This document shows, piece after piece, positions 57,478 to 64,000 of a stretch of 64,000 nt of DNA; positions within the stretch are counted from its first letter, which is position 1; each line of letters starts with the position of its first letter. The position numbers and the translations under genes were made by a program. The notes beneath the pieces were generated by a model. That model was not told the DNA's origin, searched no databases, and was given only the letters and a program-made list of their open reading frames with translations. Source of the stretch: an uncultured Verrucomicrobiota bacterium (GTDB lineage Bacteria; Verrucomicrobiota; Verrucomicrobiia; Limisphaerales; AAA164-E04); contig CAYFHO010000003.1 of NCBI GenBank assembly GCA_964342825.1, positions 42,971 through 106,970 of the forward strand. The letters run 5' to 3'.

Positions 57478-60400
57478 GTGGCGATTGGAAGGTGAATTTC
57501 GCAACCATTAATCCTGAGTCGGGGAAACCGCTGTTTGAACGACCAGAGCGAATGAGCGTTTCTCCCTTTTTAGTGATCAATTGAGCATCGAAAGATCGAT
57601 GACCTAATTTTTTGTTATTGTAAGCGATCGATATAAAAGCCTTTCCATCGGCATCCTCACCCACTCCACTTAATTGCCCCTCACCCTCGAGTGAAATAGC
57701 TTGTGAATGACCGGGAGAAATCTCCTTGATATTCTCCAGTGGCCCGATCACATAGGACAATTGAATATCAAGTTTCTTAGGAATTTCGGACGGAACACCA
57801 GGACTGAATGTCCAGTAGTGCCAACCTAACCATCCATTTTCTTCCCGAGGTTCCTGGACCCCATGTGTCACGCTGGACATCCCTGCAAACATGATAGGAA
57901 CTCCCGAGGAATCAAAGAGGTTTACCTTCGTTTCCGAAGCATGATCAAAAGCCGGATGAGAAAACCACACATGTAAAAATCTTGGTTCGGGGTCCAGTTC
58001 CATCGCACTGATATCCATGCCAGCGGGTGGAACGTGCTGAAGCCAACCCAAGAAATCGGTATCACCTTGGGGGATGCTTTCCACCCTCCATACGGCATTA
58101 GTTCCCCCTTTATTCCATTCATCCTGCCAGGCAAGAAACTGTAGCGCGGGTTTTTCGTTTAAATCCTGCACAGAAAGTTCTGATACTGCAGTCGCTGGTT
58201 TCAAGATATCAGTTGATTTCTTCGGTTCCCGTTTAACCCGGGACCACAGTAAATACTTCCAACCCTCGCGATGTTCAATTTGCGCGAACTCAGGAGCCGC
58301 TCCCAAAGGCAAGAATGTCCATTGCCTTGCATTTCTTTCCACATCATGAAGCCCTTTCTGAATTTCCTCTTCGCTAAGTGATTCAGGCAATCGCCAAACA
58401 AGCACGTTGGAATCTTCTGCGCCGACCCACTTGGTCTGATGACCGTACTCCTCCCAAAAATCAGAAGGGATTTGTTCGCCATTGGGACCTGCCAGGTAGG
58501 TTTGAGTTACTTCGATCCCATACCCCGGACGCTTTTCACTCTCAAAATGCACTTCAATGCGATTGGACCCTTTGGGCGAAAGGGCTTTGATAAATTTAAA
58601 AGGTATGCCAGGTAAACCATCATCCACCGTTTCCAGCACTGGCTTTGTCACCAGCTGAGGGACGGAAGAGCGAACATCGCGAATGATTTTCCACAAGACG
58701 GATTGAGGCCAGAAAACCAATACCGAAAGAATAATGAAATAGACTATCAGGGAAATCGGCTTAGCATGACGAATGGAAAGTAGTTGCAACTTATCGTTTC
58801 CTACCAATTGTGCCTCAACCCCGTTTTCCCGAGACCACTGAGTGGTGCAAAGCAATCGACGCTGCATGGTCCAGATGATTGGTAAACTGGCGAAAAAGAG
58901 AAAAAAAGCCGTAACCCATACTACGACATCCCAATTGTCTTCCGTATATTTTGAGATGAAGAAAGACCCGAAACTGAGTCCTGAAATCCAAATACCTATC
59001 AGGAGACCGTAGAAGTTCATTTCTGCTCTTTCCCTTCGAGTCATATGAGAAATAATTTCTCTGGCAATCGGAGAAGTGAAAGGAGAAATAAACCAGGTAG
59101 ATCGCTTTTGATTCGAAGAAAGCTTCTTCACCTTTTCGATGCTCGCCGGTGGCGGCACTTCTATGTGATAGTCTTCAACTTTCCACTCCCCGTTGGTCTG
59201 CAAGCCGCAGGTGATCGATTCCAACGCTGTCTTGCCGTTCTCAAATTCGGTCAAACAACGTTGCTCAAAACGTCTGGCAGGTTCGGTAAAATCAAGCGAA
59301 AGCGTTTTCCTTGTCGATGCTTTTGCCAAAGATCGACGGGATAACTCCATTTTCCTTATCCAGTCATCCTTCCTGTACAAATCCTGAAAAGAGGCAGCAG
59401 TGTTGGACCAGCACCTATCATAATCCCGAGATTCCAATAGTTTCCAAAAATTAAAAACATACTGGGAATGTTCTGCATGATGGATCGTTTGCCCCTTTCC
59501 TTTCAGAGCACGTTTAAGCATAACGCCCACCAAAACCGCACCCATTACCGAATTCCAGATCATGACCGTGCCTGGGGAGGGAGCTCCACCCAAAACCAAT
59601 TGCATGAGAACGACCATCAGACATGACATCACGCAAATAATCGCGATCATCATGGTGAATGTCAGACCAAGTCTTGGCCAATCTACTCTTAATTCATGGT
59701 CGTGGTTTTTAACTAAATCCCAAACAAAGACACGGTCCTTGCGCGGTAAACGGCTTCCAGCTTGCCATTCCGTGCGACTCAAACAAACGAAACAAATCCA
59801 ATGGAGACAAGCGAGCAAGCCAACTGCAAAGCTTTTCGTGCTTGTGTGCAACTCCCCAATATTATGTCCTTTGGTGAAATCACGAATCGATTCATACCAG
59901 GGTTCCCATAATCCAAAAGACCACGTTTCAACGGAAACTAGATGACTCACCGGACTCAAGGTGAGTTCAGGTGTTGGCCAACAAAAAAGGGTGGTCATTC
60001 CAACACCGGCTACCATCATGATTTGAAAAATGAATAATCGATGTATCTTGGGAAGCGATATCCAACGCAATTGCCAGTGCTCTAATAGAGGCTCATCTTG
60101 CGTCGCCTTTTCGCTCATTGGTAAATTCTCATCAGAACCCTGAGCAATGCTTTCAATTTGAGTTTTGAGTGCGCTTGCTTGCTGGTATCGTTGTTCTGGT
60201 TTTTGCTCCAAAGCACGCATGACGACTTCATCCAGCCTGACATCAATCAAAACTTTTTTCGAAGGAGGTTCCAATCGCTGATCAGGCAACTCTCCCGTCA
60301 GCATTTGATAAAAAACCACTCCCAAGGCGTATATGTCAGCACGATGATCCACGGATTGTGGAGAATGCGTTTGCTCAGGAGACATGTACTTTGGGGTTCC

Positions 60401-61198
60401 CATTATTTTCCCTGCCTCCGTGACCTCTTCCTTGGTATGGCTGACAATCTTTTTGGATTCAGGCAATTCTGCTTCCTGACCGTTTGCAATCATCTTGGCC
60501 AATCCAAAGTCGGCAACTTTGACATTGCCTCGTCGATCCATGAGAATATTTTCAGGTTTGATATCGCGATGAACAATGCCGTGGTCATGAGCAAATTGCA
60601 GGGAGTCACAAATTTGAGGAACGATGGCCAAAGCTTCACGAGAAGAAATCCGTTCACCCTGGAGCAACTGACGTAAATTGACTCCGTCCACATACTCCAT
60701 CAAAAAGAAATAGAGCGGCTCCCCAGGCAATTTCGATTGTTTTTCCTGTATCATGCCTTGTGCCTGAGATTCCGCAGTGGATTTTCCTTCGAAGGGCAAC
60801 TCCACCTTTCCGAAATCGTAAATCGTGATGATCCCTGGGTGATTCAGCTTGGCAAGCGCTTTGGCTTCTCTGGAAAATCTCTGAGCAAAGTTTTCATTGT
60901 GCCCAATATCAGGAGGAAGAATTTTAAGAGCGACAATACGATCGAGTTCTTTCTGTCTGGCTTTATATACAGCACCCATCCCCCCCTGACCAATCAACCC
61001 AAGAATTTCAAGCTGTGGAAATAATTCGGTCATAATCTCCAATGCAGGAGGGGTAAATCCTGGCCCGGGACCTGTCTCGGTTTCCAATCCACTTTGAAAT
61101 CCCGCCTGCATCAGACATTCCGGGCACAATCCCAAAGGAACGTTTGAGGCAAGAGGTTTTTTGCAACTGGGACAATAACGATCCGTTTTCATAATCAA
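57401..61198 (-). CDS. membrane Ser/Thr protein kinase with N-terminal zinc ribbon and a large C-terminal extracytoplasmic region
   Basis: 1265 aa. CPSCKKPL...CPECL zinc ribbon; kinase motifs GQGGMGAVYKA, HRDIKPENIL, DFGLAK and GTPKYMSPEQ; several transmembrane segments; a C-terminal region of about 500 aa with no recognised motif. Confidence 0.85.
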   Translation of the reverse strand: MIMKTDRYCPSCKKPLASNVPLGLCPECLMQAGFQSGLETETGPGPGFTPPALEIMTELFPQLEILGLIGQGGMGAVYKARQKELDRIVALKILPPDIGHNENFAQRFSREAKALAKLNHPGIITIYDFGKVELPFEGKSTAESQAQGMIQEKQSKLPGEPLYFFLMEYVDGVNLRQLLQGERISSREALAIVPQICDSLQFAHDHGIVHRDIKPENILMDRRGNVKVADFGLAKMIANGQEAELPESKKIVSHTKEEVTEAGKIMGTPKYMSPEQTHSPQSVDHRADIYALGVVFYQMLTGELPDQRLEPPSKKVLIDVRLDEVVMRALEQKPEQRYQQASALKTQIESIAQGSDENLPMSEKATQDEPLLEHWQLRWISLPKIHRLFIFQIMMVAGVGMTTLFCWPTPELTLSPVSHLVSVETWSFGLWEPWYESIRDFTKGHNIGELHTSTKSFAVGLLACLHWICFVCLSRTEWQAGSRLPRKDRVFVWDLVKNHDHELRVDWPRLGLTFTMMIAIICVMSCLMVVLMQLVLGGAPSPGTVMIWNSVMGAVLVGVMLKRALKGKGQTIHHAEHSQYVFNFWKLLESRDYDRCWSNTAASFQDLYRKDDWIRKMELSRRSLAKASTRKTLSLDFTEPARRFEQRCLTEFENGKTALESITCGLQTNGEWKVEDYHIEVPPPASIEKVKKLSSNQKRSTWFISPFTSPIAREIISHMTRRERAEMNFYGLLIGIWISGLSFGSFFISKYTEDNWDVVVWVTAFFLFFASLPIIWTMQRRLLCTTQWSRENGVEAQLVGNDKLQLLSIRHAKPISLIVYFIILSVLVFWPQSVLWKIIRDVRSSVPQLVTKPVLETVDDGLPGIPFKFIKALSPKGSNRIEVHFESEKRPGYGIEVTQTYLAGPNGEQIPSDFWEEYGHQTKWVGAEDSNVLVWRLPESLSEEEIQKGLHDVERNARQWTFLPLGAAPEFAQIEHREGWKYLLWSRVKREPKKSTDILKPATAVSELSVQDLNEKPALQFLAWQDEWNKGGTNAVWRVESIPQGDTDFLGWLQHVPPAGMDISAMELDPEPRFLHVWFSHPAFDHASETKVNLFDSSGVPIMFAGMSSVTHGVQEPREENGWLGWHYWTFSPGVPSEIPKKLDIQLSYVIGPLENIKEISPGHSQAISLEGEGQLSGVGEDADGKAFISIAYNNKKLGHRSFDAQLITKKGETLIRSGRSNSGFPDSGLMVAKFTFQSPLSEVEKFLMGTRPYRTNTWHDVPMK

Positions 61199-61281
61199 TC
61201 CTTCATACCTTTCTTGGGAGAAAATGGATGAAGGTTACAAATGATCCGGTAATTTTATGACCGGAAGCTTGATTGGACCAT

Positions 61282-62037
61282 TCAATTTCCTGAAAGAACC
61301 GACATCAGGTAGCGTAATTCCTCCTCCAGGTCCTGGGCATTATGGAGTGTCTGAGCTATGTTCTGCCGCAAGATTTGCCGATACCGTTTGCGCAGCCGGT
61401 GCACCGCAACTTTAACGGCTGATACGGAGATTCCCAAGCTTGATGCCAAATCTGCGTAGGGTTGCGATTCGCTTCGACCTTGCAAAGCAGGATTCAAGGC
61501 TTCAAACAAACCGCTCTTACCTTCCTTCTCGTATTCAGCCTGGAGTTGTTTCAATACTTGATCCAAAAGAGCTAAGGCCCATTGACGTTCGTACCACTGC
61601 TCAGGAGTCGCTTTATTTTCGGGTTCAAGTCCGTACCTGGTCTCAGCATCGCCGATTTGAATGGGAATATGAGCCACGCCTCCACCTCTTTTCATGGCAT
61701 TTGATTTGTCCCATTGGTCCGACAGAAAGCGGCTCATCGCGGTGAGAAGAAAAGTGCGAAACCTTCCCTTGGTCTGATCTGCGCCCTCTACCCAACGACG
61801 CTCCAAAAGGCGTGCAAAAAATGCCTGTGTCAGGTCTTGGGCATCATGTGAAGAATAACCTCGTCGACGAACATAGGCATAAAGCGGATACCAGTAAACA
61901 CCACAAAGATGCTCCAACGCGGTAGATGCCTGCTCTGTGTCATGGTGAGCAGCAGAAAGCACAAGTGACCAATGCGTCGTCAGGAAGACAGCTGGTTTGG
62001 GGTCATTCTGAAGTATGGTTTTGTCATCTGCTCCCAT
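61282..62037 (-). CDS. ECF-type sigma-70 family factor (kinase-associated, ECF43-like)
   Basis: 251 aa. THWSLVL...YWYPLYAYVRRRG is sigma-2-like, and the C-terminal ISVSAVKVAVHRLRKRYR is the sigma-4 helix-turn-helix. The group assignment needs an HMM check. Confidence 0.75.
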   Translation of the reverse strand: MGADDKTILQNDPKPAVFLTTHWSLVLSAAHHDTEQASTALEHLCGVYWYPLYAYVRRRGYSSHDAQDLTQAFFARLLERRWVEGADQTKGRFRTFLLTAMSRFLSDQWDKSNAMKRGGGVAHIPIQIGDAETRYGLEPENKATPEQWYERQWALALLDQVLKQLQAEYEKEGKSGLFEALNPALQGRSESQPYADLASSLGISVSAVKVAVHRLRKRYRQILRQNIAQTLHNAQDLEEELRYLMSVLSGN

Positions 62038-62118
62038 CGTTTGAATATTAGGAACAGGATGGAAAAGGTTACAGAAAAAAGAACTTCACAGTCGGGATCA
62101 CCGTTTCGTGATGCCAAG

Positions 62119-64000
62119 TTAAAACCAGACAGGGATGTACATCCTTCCAGCCCACACGGCCACTACAAAACTGATGGTGACAGCCACTATTCCCAATAGA
62201 AGTTTCCTGGCTGGCATAAATATCATTCCGGCAATCAAAGCAATCGCTCCACCTACCGCGATCATGATTGCGTCTCCTGTTGCGATCAGTAACAACATCA
62301 AGACCACACCAATAATACTTAAAATCTCACCACCGTTTGGGTCATTGGTATTTTGATTTACACTTGATTTGCCTGGGTGAGATTTGGTCTCAGGCAATGA
62401 ATCAACATGGGCACGTTTCCAGAAATACCAACCAGAACATGGTAGAACAAATGCACACAACCATGTGAAAGGAACAAAGAAGGCCTCGGAAGGAGACGGA
62501 TTCCATCCACCTGTTTCACTCATCAAAGCACTGATAAAAAAGAGTCCAAACGTAATTGCAGGCAATGCAAGCAACCAGGAAAGCAAGGCAAGAGACTTGT
62601 AATGTGTCGAGTGTTGCGAATCGTGATTGGATCGTTTCGCAGAATCATCAAAATAGAAGCCATACTGAGAACCAGCTAAAATGAGTAGCAGTAAATTGAC
62701 CATCGCAACCATGGTTTGTGAGATGGCGAAGTATAATACGTGGATACTTAAAAGTATCAGCGCAGTTGCATACATGATTTTCCATCGCACCAAAAGCCCG
62801 GTGATGAGAGCCGCCTTGGCAATCAGCCATATTGCAGCGCCAGGCTGGTTGGGAATGGAAAAGAGATTTGCGATCCCCTCCAAACCAAGAACGGAAACCA
62901 CAATCCAAATGGGCCACGGAATATTACTGAAACCGGCCGCTTTACCAAGGTTCACTGGCATGGAGGACGAGGGGCTTTTATCGGCCTTGGGTTGGGAGGA
63001 TGAAACGGATTCGAGCTGCGTCTTGAGGGCAGATACACTTTGATATCGCCTGGTTGGATTTTTCTCCAATGCTTTCACCACTATCTCATCCAGCCGCACA
63101 TCGACACCGACTCTTTTTGAAGGAATTTCAAAATTCTTGTCAGGCAATTTTCCGGTCAGCATTTGATAAAAAACGATTCCAAGCGCATAAATATCAGACC
63201 GATGATCCACAGTCTCGGGTGATTCGATCTGTTCCGGAGACATGTATTTGGGAGTTCCCAAAACCTTGCCTGATTCGGTTAAGTCCTGTTGCTCATTGAA
63301 AGCTGACTGGCACTCATCTGCCTGAGATAGGTCCTCATTGTTTGAATCCAAAACGTCTGCCATGATCTTGGCCAATCCAAAATCCGCCACCTTAACGTGC
63401 CCACGTCGATCCATGAGAATATTTTCAGGCTTGATATCACGATGCACTACTCCGTGATCATGCGCGTATTGAAGCGCATCACAAATTTGAGGAACGATAG
63501 ATAGAGCTTCGCGCGAGGAGATACGGTTTCCATTGAGAAGTTGCTGCAAGTTCACTCCATCCACATATTCCATCAGAAAATAAAACAACGAAGGATTCCC
63601 TTGATCTTCAGTCTGTTTTCCTGAAGCTCCACTTGCGGAAGTTTCCGAGTTGGAATTGTTTTTCTGCGGTGTATCAACCAAACCAAAATCATGAATCGTC
63701 ACAATTCCGGGATGATTCAGTTTGGCGAGGGTCTTGGCTTCGCGTGAAAAGCGATCCGCAAAGGCTTTTTCGTGCCCGATATCTGGAGGAAGAATTTTTA
63801 GGGCGACAATACGGTCCAATTTTTTTTGCCGCACCTTATAAACGGCTCCCATCCCCCCCTGCCCGATCCATTCCAATATCTCAAGTTGCGGAAAGGCAGT
63901 CTCCAATTCTGAAATGGTGGGTGCTGTAAATTTTACCCGCCTTGGGCCAGTTTGCGTCCTGGTGTCCTCACCTAGCTCCACTCCGGTTTCCAATCCACCT
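62119..64000 (-). CDS. paralogous membrane Ser/Thr protein kinase (5' end outside window)
   Basis: It has the same kinase motifs as 57401-61198 (GQGGMGAVYKV, HRDIKPENIL, DFGLAK). The frame stays open beyond the TTG at 63993 to the window edge. The C-terminus is polytopic membrane. Confidence 0.8.
   Translation of the reverse strand, partial: GGLETGVELGEDTRTQTGPRRVKFTAPTISELETAFPQLEILEWIGQGGMGAVYKVRQKKLDRIVALKILPPDIGHEKAFADRFSREAKTLAKLNHPGIVTIHDFGLVDTPQKNNSNSETSASGASGKQTEDQGNPSLFYFLMEYVDGVNLQQLLNGNRISSREALSIVPQICDALQYAHDHGVVHRDIKPENILMDRRGHVKVADFGLAKIMADVLDSNNEDLSQADECQSAFNEQQDLTESGKVLGTPKYMSPEQIESPETVDHRSDIYALGIVFYQMLTGKLPDKNFEIPSKRVGVDVRLDEIVVKALEKNPTRRYQSVSALKTQLESVSSSQPKADKSPSSSMPVNLGKAAGFSNIPWPIWIVVSVLGLEGIANLFSIPNQPGAAIWLIAKAALITGLLVRWKIMYATALILLSIHVLYFAISQTMVAMVNLLLLILAGSQYGFYFDDSAKRSNHDSQHSTHYKSLALLSWLLALPAITFGLFFISALMSETGGWNPSPSEAFFVPFTWLCAFVLPCSGWYFWKRAHVDSLPETKSHPGKSSVNQNTNDPNGGEILSIIGVVLMLLLIATGDAIMIAVGGAIALIAGMIFMPARKLLLGIVAVTISFVVAVWAGRMYIPVWF

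Overview
This looks like a chromosomal window from a PVC-superphylum bacterium (Verrucomicrobiota or Planctomycetota). The evidence is gene content: a PSCyt/DUF1549/DUF1553 + DUF1501 pair, a DUF1080 protein, a formylglycine-type sulfatase, and an ECF sigma factor flanked by membrane Ser/Thr kinases. No rRNA genes and no CRISPR array were seen. Most of the window is housekeeping: cbiX-like/tyrA/aroA/cmk/plsC, lon, a class-I DAHP synthase, ilvB, xseA, fabD, a hemE-hemN-hemY-hemH operon and msrA.

The main finding is an integrase-less island of about 8.9 kb (37047-45948) inserted into the 3' part of tRNA-Arg(CCT). It is bounded by perfect 47-bp direct repeats. It carries a tightly overlapping four-gene operon (37531-44177, minus strand): two partner proteins, an SMC/Rad50-like split ABC ATPase, and a Toprim-type protein. 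I recognise this as a type I Wadjet (jetABCD, also called MksBEFG/EptABCD) anti-plasmid system. The island also carries a vapBC module. Between fabD and the island there is a 1.3-kb segment that looks like a decayed related island. It shares a 49-bp arm sequence with the main island and holds an RHH/PIN-like/small-partner toxin-antitoxin cassette whose PIN gene has a stop at codon 4.

Other signals not visible in the ORF track:
- A 33-codon leader ORF with five consecutive Val codons, followed by a strong intrinsic terminator just upstream of ilvB (a classical attenuator layout).
- TGTTGGAAA direct repeats on both island arms, which may be recombinase arm-type sites.
- A kinase / ECF sigma / kinase module with no anti-sigma gene.
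- An orphan vapB remnant that overlaps the end of a kinase gene.

All product calls come from motif reading by eye. No database search was run.
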